Assembly (NCBI GenBank): GCA_043818835.1 | Contig: JBDRFK010000008.1 | Coordinates: 1 to 42,257, forward strand | DNA: 42,257 bases | DNA from: a bacterium | GTDB lineage: Bacteria > Patescibacteriota > Minisyncoccia > Portnoybacterales > UBA2143 | Direction of reading: 5' to 3' | Shown here: positions 10,171 to 18,512 of the stretch, piece by piece | Layout: every line of letters starts with the position of its first letter | How positions within the stretch are numbered: position 1 is the stretch's first letter | Notes under the pieces: model-generated | Told to the model about the DNA's origin: nothing | What the model saw: the letters and a program-made list of their open reading frames with translations, nothing else | The model's database searches: none | Made by a program: the position numbers and the translations under genes

Positions 10171-10268
10171 TTCTTCTCCTTCTCTTTTCTTTATATTGTT
10201 TTTTCAATCATAATCTTAATACAAATTGTTAAAAAACATTCCTCTCCTATGACTGTATTAGATAAAAA

Positions 10269-10300
10269 AAATCTCAAACTGTCAACCCAGTTTGAGATTT
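10269..10300. terminator. Hairpin terminator of the pil operon, overlapping a minus-strand TTGACA
   Basis: aaatctcaaactg-tcaacc-cagtttgagattt, followed by a U-tract on the minus strand. Confidence 0.7.
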
Positions 10301-10322
10301 AATCAAAACTGATACAATTATA

Positions 10323-10604
10323 TCAATTAAAAGGATCTGGATAATTATTTTGTTTTGTTTCCAATAAAATATTTTTCCTATGCTCTATATTCTCCAATAT
10401 TTTATTAATCTTTTCTATGTCAACATTTTCTACTGTCACATCAATTACTGTTTCTGCATTAACAATCTTATAAACACATTCGTAATAACAAAAAATACTC
10501 AAAAACAAAAGCCCTGTAACTATAAATACCAAAACAGGAACATACAACGTCTTCAAAATTTTATTAACCCTTTCAATTGATATGTCTTTTATATTAAATT
10601 TCAT
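10323..10604 (-). CDS. Single-pass membrane protein at the end of the pilMNO operon (PilP position)
   Basis: One TM helix, C-terminal DPF motif, 3 nt after pilO. Confidence 0.75.
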   Translation of the reverse strand: MKFNIKDISIERVNKILKTLYVPVLVFIVTGLLFLSIFCYYECVYKIVNAETVIDVTVENVDIEKINKILENIEHRKNILLETKQNNYPDPFN

Positions 10605-10607
10605 AAA

Positions 10608-11195
10608 TTACTGTGTGTAAACTTTTATATGCAAAGTCGTTTCTAAGTCACCTTCTTTTAGGCTAGATATATTTGTCAAAACCCTACCAGTTAGTTGTTT
10701 ACTATCCAATCTTTTGATATTAATATTTTCTATTTCAGTTAAACGATATGGTGGATAAGGGCTGTCTTCCAAATTAGACAAAAATGAAATTAAATTATTA
10801 AAATCGCCCCAAAGAGTTATCTGAAATCCCAAAAACGGATTAGTAATATCTTGTTTTGAAGGATCAAAAGAGCTGACTGATTTAACTTCAAAAATATTAT
10901 TAGTTTCTTGCGCCACCTTCTCTAAATCAGTAATAAATTCTACTGTATTGTCTGTATTCAAAAAAGCATTTCCTAAATCTGCCAAATTACTTTCTATTCC
11001 TTCATACCCCATCTGTAAATCATTGGATATTTCTTCTTTTTGATAAAACTGTTCCAATCTTATCTGATTATTCAAATATTCCTGAGAGATAAATCTGATT
11101 TTAGACACCAAGAAACAGTCAACAGAAATAATAACTAAAATAATAAGCAAAGACGCCCCAATAGACCACATTAATTTTTCTTTGACTGAGATCAT
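10608..11195 (-). CDS. pilO: Type IV pilus assembly protein PilO-like
   Basis: N-terminal TM and coiled coil, GDFNNLISFLSNLE ferredoxin-like motif, follows pilN. Confidence 0.8.
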   Translation of the reverse strand: MISVKEKLMWSIGASLLIILVIISVDCFLVSKIRFISQEYLNNQIRLEQFYQKEEISNDLQMGYEGIESNLADLGNAFLNTDNTVEFITDLEKVAQETNNIFEVKSVSSFDPSKQDITNPFLGFQITLWGDFNNLISFLSNLEDSPYPPYRLTEIENINIKRLDSKQLTGRVLTNISSLKEGDLETTLHIKVYTQ

Positions 11196-11756
11196 TTATT
11201 TATTATTACCTAATACTGTTTGATCAGGTTTTAACGAAATATTAAAATTAATATTTTCCCGCTTTAATAAATTTGCTATCGGAGATTTAACATCAGTGAA
11301 AAAATCATTAGATTCTAATATTTCTTGAAATGATAATAAATCATCACGCGTATTAGACCAACCTACTATATTTATCTCGTTACTCTCCGATCTGTAATCA
11401 AAACTAGTTAAATAGATACTGTTTGGTGTTATCAATGATATTTCTTTCATAGATAAAGTCCAATTCAAGAAATGAGCTTGCTTATCATAAACCAGATTAA
11501 TTAATCTATTGGCATTGATAATATTTTTTTCTGTCTCTATTAACTGCTGCACTCTTACATCATCTTGTTTGGTATCTATCAATCGGTTTTGCGACCTTAA
11601 TAATATATTTAGATAAATAAAAATAGTTGCCAATATCAATGAAAAAGACACCAGAAAAATAATAATCCATGTTGCTAAGGATATTATCAAATCTTTTGAG
11701 TTGAGAACTTCCAATTCTTTTTTATTTTGCGGAGGTAAAAGATTTATCTTAATCAT
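11196..11756 (-). CDS. pilN: Type IV pilus assembly protein PilN
   Basis: N-terminal INLLP PilM-binding motif followed by a TM helix. Confidence 0.9.
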   Translation of the reverse strand: MIKINLLPPQNKKELEVLNSKDLIISLATWIIIFLVSFSLILATIFIYLNILLRSQNRLIDTKQDDVRVQQLIETEKNIINANRLINLVYDKQAHFLNWTLSMKEISLITPNSIYLTSFDYRSESNEINIVGWSNTRDDLLSFQEILESNDFFTDVKSPIANLLKRENINFNISLKPDQTVLGNNK

Positions 11757-11760
11757 TTTT

Positions 11761-12894
11761 TTATTCTATACTTGATGATTTTAAATCAAAATTTCTAAGA
11801 GCCAAACCAAAAACAACTGCGCATGGACCAAACTTATCTTCGCATTTATTTTTAAACTTATTCTTTATCTTAATACTGGGGACAATATTTTTAGCGCAGT
11901 CACATAAAGAAGTTTGTATTTTCACTTTTTGAGTAATATATTCTGACAAATGTGCCACAGATATATCGCCACAGAAAATAATCTGCTCAATTTCTTTATC
12001 AGGTTTATGAATATGACCAACATGATCATGATAAAAAGTAATATACTCAATAATTTGTTCCACAAACTTATCAGCTACTGGTGACAATGCGTTATAAATT
12101 GACTCCCGATTCGCAAGATCTATTGATTCTATTACTTTTGATTTATCAATACACAATCCAACTTCTCTCTTTAATAATTCTGCTTTTTTCTCATCAATAT
12201 CAAATTCTTTTAATAGCGATTCCGTAAATAACCAATCCGACAAAGGAGTATGAGCAGTAAAACAAATAACCCCCTCCGAGATAATCACAAAATTAGCCCC
12301 CGTTGAGCTTATATCTACAATAATTGTCGGTTTATTATTATCCGGACTTATCAATAATCTAGCTACAGCTACTGATTCCGGTTCTAATGCAACAGGATAC
12401 AATTCACTTTTATGTAACAAACTTAGATAACTTTCTACCAGTGTCTTTGGCGCCGCTGCAATTAAAATATCTATATGATTCTCTTTTTTATCGCCAACGG
12501 GATTGATAACCGACCAATCTAAATAAACTTCATCTATACCCAATGGTATATGAGCTTCGGCTTCCCACTTGACTGCTTGATCCAATTCTTCACGCTTCAT
12601 AGCTGGCAACTGAATAATCCTAACAAACACTTTTTCTTCTGGTAAATTGCAAACCACCTCATTGCCTTGAAAAGCGTCACCTATAGAATTTAATAAAGCG
12701 TCTTTAATAAGACCTGATAGTTTATCTTCTTGTTCTATCTCTCCATCTTTAATAAGTCCTTCTGGGATTGTTTTTTCGATAAAACCAGAAACCATAAACT
12801 TGCCAGCTTGTTTTTTAAACTGAGCCATCCTTAACGACAAATCACCCAAGTCCAACCCAATGGCCGATTTTTTAGAAAACGAAAAATTTATCAT
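11761..12894 (-). CDS. pilM: Type IV pilus assembly protein PilM
   Basis: IGLDLG actin-like fold, WEAEAHIP...EVYLDW and AVVFGLALR motifs. Confidence 0.93.
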   Translation of the reverse strand: MINFSFSKKSAIGLDLGDLSLRMAQFKKQAGKFMVSGFIEKTIPEGLIKDGEIEQEDKLSGLIKDALLNSIGDAFQGNEVVCNLPEEKVFVRIIQLPAMKREELDQAVKWEAEAHIPLGIDEVYLDWSVINPVGDKKENHIDILIAAAPKTLVESYLSLLHKSELYPVALEPESVAVARLLISPDNNKPTIIVDISSTGANFVIISEGVICFTAHTPLSDWLFTESLLKEFDIDEKKAELLKREVGLCIDKSKVIESIDLANRESIYNALSPVADKFVEQIIEYITFYHDHVGHIHKPDKEIEQIIFCGDISVAHLSEYITQKVKIQTSLCDCAKNIVPSIKIKNKFKNKCEDKFGPCAVVFGLALRNFDLKSSSIE

Positions 12895-12898
12895 AACC

Positions 12899-13270
12899 TT
12901 ACTTCAATTTTATCATTTTTATTTTACCCAGCCAAGTTGATAACAAAATCCCGATACTGTCAATCATCACATCCATAATCGCCCCCTGCCGACCAACAAT
13001 AAACGTCTGATGATATTCATCAGACGTAGCATATAAAAACGCTAATACCAAAGCGATAATTAATATTTTTTTCTTAGACAAATTATATTCCGCCAAAGCG
13101 CGAATTAACAAAAAAGTTAAAATGAAATATTCAGTGATATGCGCCAATTTTCGTAAAACAAAATCATAATAATGAGGAAAACCAGATTGCAAACTCGGCT
13201 GATGTGATAAAAAGAAAATAATCCCCACCCATACAACCACTAAAAACCAATTTTTGAGTTTTGCGTTCAT
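12899..13270 (-). CDS. vanZ: VanZ-like membrane protein
   Basis: RKLAHITEY and YATSDEYHQTFIVGR...DVMID motifs. Confidence 0.92.
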   Translation of the reverse strand: MNAKLKNWFLVVVWVGIIFFLSHQPSLQSGFPHYYDFVLRKLAHITEYFILTFLLIRALAEYNLSKKKILIIALVLAFLYATSDEYHQTFIVGRQGAIMDVMIDSIGILLSTWLGKIKMIKLK

Positions 13271-13276
13271 ATTTTG

Positions 13277-13316
13277 AAATAGAGTCCTCGTAGAGTACTC
13301 TACGAGGACTCTATTT
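13277..13316. repeat. Perfect 40-bp palindrome with no spacer
   Basis: aaatagagtcctcgtagagt|actctacgaggactctattt. Confidence 0.9.
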
Positions 13317-13340
13317 TATTACAGTTGTTATTTACAATTA

Positions 13341-15068
13341 TTATCTCTCCAACCACTCTAAAAATTTGTCTAACGGCCTTGTATTCAAAATATCTTTCTT
13401 TTCTGCCCAACCGCGTCGGGCTGTGCCAATACCGTACTCCATCATACTTAATCCAACCGCGCTGTGCGCGTCGGTATCAATCATTAGTTTTACACCATGT
13501 CCTATCGCCTGCCTCACATCTGTATCTTTTAAATCTAATCTTTTTGGATGGGCGTCAATTTCTAAAATAGTTTTTGTTTCTTTCGCTGCTTTAAAAATTT
13601 TATCGTAATCAAAAATGAATGGTTCACGCCGCATAATAATTCTGCCAGTCGGGTGAAAAATTGCGTCCACGTTTGGATTTTCTATTGCTCGCAATAAACG
13701 CCCAGTCATATCTTCTTTGTTCATTTTAAAATTCGAATGTATCGCCGCGCCAACGAAATCTAATTTTGATAGAATTTCATCATCCAACGCCAAACTGCCA
13801 TCTTTTTTAATATCCACCTCGCATCCTTTCAATATTTTAATACCAGATAATTTTTTATTAATTTCATCAATTTCTTTCATTTGTTTTAAAATTTCATTGC
13901 GTCCCATAGCATTAGCAATTTTTAAAAATCCAGCGTGATCAGTAATAGTAATATATTCATAGCCCATGTTCTTGGCGGTTTTTACCATCTCTTCTATTGT
14001 ATTAACGCCATCACTCCAAGTAGTATGCATTTGGCAATCACCTTTGATATCATTATAGCCAATCAGTTTTGGCAATTTATTTTCAAGCGCTACTTCAATT
14101 TCGCCAGTATTGGTTCGGAGTTCTGGTTCAATGTATCGCAAACCGATAGATTCATAAACTTTCTTTTCTGTTTTGCCTGCAATTCTTTTCTCTCTTCCGC
14201 TTCTGACAGAATACACTCCATATTCGTTTAATTTAAGTCTCTTTTTAATAGCGATACGACGCGTCATAATATTATGATCTTTACTACCGGTAAAATATTG
14301 CAAAGCCGCGCCAAAACTTTCTTTTTTAACCACACGCAAATCACAGTCAAAACCACCCTTTAATCGCGCCGAAGATTTAGTCGGTCCTTTTGCCCACAAT
14401 CTTACCACTTCTTTCATTGACGTGAAATATTCCATCACCTTTTCCGGCTCTGACGAAACAACCAAAATATCCCCATCGCCAATTGTTTCTTTCATTCGCC
14501 TTGTTGAACCAGCAATAGTAATTTTTTCTACTTCTGATAATTTTTTTAAATCCACCACTATACCGCGCAAAATAGGTAAAATGTCACCTAATAGAAAACG
14601 ACCCTTATTTGCTTTGGCTAATTCTATTCCTTGTAAGATATTTTCTTCGCTCTTTTCTCCAAAACCCTCAAGCTCTCTTATTTTATTTTTCTTAGCCGCT
14701 TTTTCTAAGTCCTTTAAATTTTTAATATTTAATTTCTTATAAAAAACCTTAATCTTTCGTGAACCCAATCCTTCTATTTTTAAAAGTTCTTCAATTTTAA
14801 CCGGACATTCTTTTTTAAGTTTATTATATCCTTTAATTTCTCCTGTCTTAATATATTCCTCAATTTGTAAAGCAATGCTTTTCCCGACACTTGGAATTTC
14901 CTCTAATGCCTTCAATCCCCCTTCCTTATATATATCATGCGCATCACGCTCCATAGTTTCTAAAACACGCGCTACTTTTTCATAAGCGCGCGGTTTAAAT
15001 TGCACTTCTTTTAGTTCTAAGAAATCAGCAATGCGATAAAATATTTCTGATAATTCCAAGTTGATCAT
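13341..15068 (-). CDS. polX: DNA polymerase X with PHP domain
   Basis: HhH motifs, GSTRR, GDGD, YFTGSKDHN; PHP motifs ITDH, HPTGR and DTDAH. Confidence 0.96.
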   Translation of the reverse strand: MINLELSEIFYRIADFLELKEVQFKPRAYEKVARVLETMERDAHDIYKEGGLKALEEIPSVGKSIALQIEEYIKTGEIKGYNKLKKECPVKIEELLKIEGLGSRKIKVFYKKLNIKNLKDLEKAAKKNKIRELEGFGEKSEENILQGIELAKANKGRFLLGDILPILRGIVVDLKKLSEVEKITIAGSTRRMKETIGDGDILVVSSEPEKVMEYFTSMKEVVRLWAKGPTKSSARLKGGFDCDLRVVKKESFGAALQYFTGSKDHNIMTRRIAIKKRLKLNEYGVYSVRSGREKRIAGKTEKKVYESIGLRYIEPELRTNTGEIEVALENKLPKLIGYNDIKGDCQMHTTWSDGVNTIEEMVKTAKNMGYEYITITDHAGFLKIANAMGRNEILKQMKEIDEINKKLSGIKILKGCEVDIKKDGSLALDDEILSKLDFVGAAIHSNFKMNKEDMTGRLLRAIENPNVDAIFHPTGRIIMRREPFIFDYDKIFKAAKETKTILEIDAHPKRLDLKDTDVRQAIGHGVKLMIDTDAHSAVGLSMMEYGIGTARRGWAEKKDILNTRPLDKFLEWLER

Positions 15069-15712
15069 TATTTTGGCACTGAAGGATTAACGCTTTTGGC
15101 TTGTGGAGCGCGAGGCACTTTTTTATTCTCCAATAATACTTCATTTTTCAAAAATATCAGCGGAATAAAAGCGCTAATCGCAATCACAATACCCACAATT
15201 ATAAATAGAATATTAAATCCAAATTTATACGCAATAACTCCACCAAACGCGCCGGTCACACCTGTGCCAAGCCCAATAAAAGCGCTATGGAAACTCCAAT
15301 CAGATGCCTCTCTGCCTTTATCAATATGACGAGTAAAAATAGCACTGTATGCTGGGATGTTCATACCAATACCAATCGCATACAAAGATTGTAATAAATA
15401 AATATGCCATACTGTTCGAGCGATTATAAAACCGAAAGTTGCTATGGCTGTCAACAATGATCCCATAAAAATAAATAGCAGATCGTCTTTTTCGCCATGA
15501 TTTCTGTCTAAAAAATTACCAAAAGGAATAGTGACTGCTGATTTAACTATCCAGTAAACAGCAGCAGCATAACCAACAATTTCTATCGTTCCACCCGCGA
15601 TACGATTAATTATAAAAATCGCAAACACAGGCGCCACAAAACCCAAACCGCTAGTCAACGTAAAATCGGTAATTAGTAAAATTTTGATTACCTTATTAAA
15701 GAGTTTTTTCAT
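15068..15712 (-). CDS. Half-size (6 TM) MFS transporter-like protein
   Basis: Six hydrophobic segments, GNFLDRNHG motif-A-like loop, 1-nt overlap with the polX start. Confidence 0.85.
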   Translation of the reverse strand: MKKLFNKVIKILLITDFTLTSGLGFVAPVFAIFIINRIAGGTIEIVGYAAAVYWIVKSAVTIPFGNFLDRNHGEKDDLLFIFMGSLLTAIATFGFIIARTVWHIYLLQSLYAIGIGMNIPAYSAIFTRHIDKGREASDWSFHSAFIGLGTGVTGAFGGVIAYKFGFNILFIIVGIVIAISAFIPLIFLKNEVLLENKKVPRAPQAKSVNPSVPK

Positions 15713-15727
15713 TATTTATATTATAAC

Positions 15728-15940
15728 CTATTTCCCCCACGGATGACAGGTTGATATTTGTTTTAAGCCCAACCATAATCCCCTAAACGTTCCGTGCTTC
15801 TTAACAGATTGATAAGTATATTCCGAACAACTCGGATAATGACGACAACGTCCCAAAACCCTTAAAATCGGGAAATAACCACGATCGGGCGATATGGTTC
15901 TTTGATAGATTCTTATTAAAAAAAGAATAACTTTTCTCAT
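15728..15940 (-). CDS. yidD: Membrane protein insertion efficiency factor YidD
   Basis: YQRTISP, CRHYPSCSEY and CHPWG motifs. Confidence 0.95.
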   Translation of the reverse strand: MRKVILFLIRIYQRTISPDRGYFPILRVLGRCRHYPSCSEYTYQSVKKHGTFRGLWLGLKQISTCHPWGK

Positions 15941-15998
15941 ATTATTATTGCTATTATAGCACCCCTGTCATTCCTGTAAAAACTAATTTCTATATTAA

Positions 15999-16025
15999 AG
16001 CACCCGCTACTTTGTAGCGGGTGCT
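15999..16025. terminator. Hairpin terminator after MutS-like gene 1
   Basis: agcacccgctac-ttt-gtagcgggtgct. Confidence 0.75.
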
Positions 16026-16038
16026 CGTTATATTCTAA

Positions 16039-17961
16039 TTAATGATTTACAAGAAGTTTGTCTATCCCCTTCTCGCGAACCAATTCTTCAAATTGCCCTG
16101 TCCCAATCCCGACACTTATTATATGTCGTCGATTGATTTTAAAACATTGAACTCCTTTGTTTTCTAATTCTTCAAATAAACTAGTTATCTGAGAATTAAA
16201 AATCGTAGAAATTTTATACTTCCGTAGAGTTTGTACAAAACTCAACGAAAATTCCTTTCCAGAAATTTCTTGTGTTCCACCCCCCAATTCATCAATAAAC
16301 AAGAAAATTTTCTTGCTTTTATATTTTTTTACCTCCTTAAGTAAAATTTTTATCTGGTCTAAAACCATATTACACTTAGAGCCATCAGCCCCAGAAGGAA
16401 TAAATATCATCGCTAAAACATCTTTGATATTTATTTTCACCTCCCGTCCAAACGACAACAGGCCACTCTGAGCTTCAAAAATCAACTCAGGAAAAGATAA
16501 TCCAGTCACCGTTTTACCACCGTTATTCGCCCCACTAACACCTATAACTGTTCCATTGATAGCAGGTAAATTAATAATCGGCCGTATTTGTTTACCGTTA
16601 GTATTGTGGTTATGGAGTAGGTAAACAGGATAAGCCATTCTGGCACTAACCACGTTTTCTTTAGAGTCAATTTGCGGTTTGCATAACGGCCAACCATATT
16701 CATCCGATAAATTACAATAAGCACTAGCTATTTCGCTAACGGCTTTAAGACAATTAATGTGCTCATCAACAAATTTTCTATGCTCCTTAATTATCTTAAC
16801 CACTTTAGAAAACTCATTTTTATATAAGCCTTCTAAATCTACCCAAGCATACCTCTTATCCATCTTCGGCGCCGAAACAGTATGAAGTCGTTTAAAGAAA
16901 CCAGCATCTACAGTTTTAATATTTTTAATCACTTCGGCAACGTGTAAGGAGCGACAATAGTCATTATATGTCTCTCGATACAAGATTCTCGCTTCTTTAA
17001 TCTGCGCTTCCATTTTTTGCGAATAACCCGCGAAATGAGCAAAATTAAAATCATCTACACCATAATTTATCCGACTATTAGCTCCATAGATACGTATTTC
17101 TAACTTCTTGCCATTGTAGGAAAAATATACTTGAAAAGTTATATTATGCAACATAATAGCATCTTCAAATCCTTTTACAGCAGACACTATTGAATTCAAA
17201 CCTTTAGTGATATCATTAATGATATCACTATTCCAATCGTTGATTACCATTTCACGCATTATTTGATTCTGTTTACGACCGACGACATAAATGTTGCAGA
17301 TACCCTCTATCCACCTCCATAATTTTCTGGGTAAGATATTTCTCCAACGATTCAATTTTGAAGAAAAAGCGCAATGCCCATAAATACGATTTATATCTTG
17401 ATTACAATTATAGTGAGAAAAACCATAATTATAACCAAACGTCAGTATCCCCTCAAGAAATGCTGTTTTCTCGATCCTTTGAAACAAATCCCTACTCATT
17501 TGATTTTCAGTTTCTTCCAACGCCAAAGAATTTTTCAAACAATTAGTTAATTGTTTAATTCTCTTCGGCGCTTCTGGCGCATCAAACAAACTAATAAAAT
17601 TATGGACTTGTTGCCAATACGGATTGTGATCTTTCTCAGGATTGAAAAAAAACAGAAAATCATCTTGCTGAGTTGGTAAATTAGTATCTACATAAACATT
17701 TTTAATCCACTCTCTTAACTTTGGTTTTTGTGATAAAAACCAAAGCAAGTCCTGTCGCGCCTTGATTTCCGCTTCATCCGTAATCCCAAAGCTATTTACT
17801 AACAGATTATTATTCAACCCTCTACTCCTGATGATTGAGTCTCTATGAGGAAAATCGCCAATAATCTGTAATCTCTTGCTCTCCGGGATATCAGTCTCCC
17901 AAATAGTAAAATCTTTTGGATAGTTAATTTCTGGAATACTTTTCTTTACATCTTTACTCAT
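16039..17961 (-). CDS. Divergent MutS-related ATPase (domain V at C-terminus), paralog 1
   Basis: Walker A GANNGGKT, AQSG, Walker B FIDELGGGT; N-terminal TD..EI..RQ. ATG at 17961 lies 7 nt after AGGAGG (the ORF track starts at 17967). Confidence 0.82.
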   Translation of the reverse strand: MSKDVKKSIPEINYPKDFTIWETDIPESKRLQIIGDFPHRDSIIRSRGLNNNLLVNSFGITDEAEIKARQDLLWFLSQKPKLREWIKNVYVDTNLPTQQDDFLFFFNPEKDHNPYWQQVHNFISLFDAPEAPKRIKQLTNCLKNSLALEETENQMSRDLFQRIEKTAFLEGILTFGYNYGFSHYNCNQDINRIYGHCAFSSKLNRWRNILPRKLWRWIEGICNIYVVGRKQNQIMREMVINDWNSDIINDITKGLNSIVSAVKGFEDAIMLHNITFQVYFSYNGKKLEIRIYGANSRINYGVDDFNFAHFAGYSQKMEAQIKEARILYRETYNDYCRSLHVAEVIKNIKTVDAGFFKRLHTVSAPKMDKRYAWVDLEGLYKNEFSKVVKIIKEHRKFVDEHINCLKAVSEIASAYCNLSDEYGWPLCKPQIDSKENVVSARMAYPVYLLHNHNTNGKQIRPIINLPAINGTVIGVSGANNGGKTVTGLSFPELIFEAQSGLLSFGREVKINIKDVLAMIFIPSGADGSKCNMVLDQIKILLKEVKKYKSKKIFLFIDELGGGTQEISGKEFSLSFVQTLRKYKISTIFNSQITSLFEELENKGVQCFKINRRHIISVGIGTGQFEELVREKGIDKLLVNH

Positions 17962-17963
17962 AC

Positions 17964-18416
17964 TCAATCCTCCTTATGTTTAAGCAACAAATTCGTCATT
18001 AAATTATGTAATGCTTCTAATTCTAATTCCCCAGCTGTTCTGCCTTTACGATCATCTGGTAAATGTTCACCTAAACCACAAATTCCAAGTTTTAGAAAAT
18101 ATAATATTCTTCTAAACCTGCCTTCCCTATTTTCATAAGCCACAGAAATATGTTCTTGCAAAATAAATAGAGAAAATCCTACTCCCTCACCAACTTGTTT
18201 CTGTGTCTTACAAACCAAACAACAAAATTCAGAAGACTTTGATAACGGATCATAAAGACGATCGTATCGACACTCTCGGCAAACCAAGCAATAATGACAC
18301 GCCATAACAAAATCTTTTTCATGGTCATGAATCCATTCATCGGGCGGATGTTCTATAAGAATCATTCCAATCCGTCTTACTAAAAATTTCTTCCAAAAAC
18401 TTATCTTTTTAGACAA
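17964..18416 (-). CDS. Cys-rich putative Zn-binding hypothetical protein, coupled to MutS-like gene 1
   Basis: CHYCLVCREC...CCLVC; TTG start after AAGGAGG; stop abuts the next start. Confidence 0.75.
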   Translation of the reverse strand: MSKKISFWKKFLVRRIGMILIEHPPDEWIHDHEKDFVMACHYCLVCRECRYDRLYDPLSKSSEFCCLVCKTQKQVGEGVGFSLFILQEHISVAYENREGRFRRILYFLKLGICGLGEHLPDDRKGRTAGELELEALHNLMTNLLLKHKED

Positions 18417-18512
18417 AACAATCCTCCTTTGTATATGATGTTTTAAGTGTGCTCACTTTTAGATATTAAATAATAATTTTTTGGATAAGTCAACATCTGC
18501 TATAATAGACCT

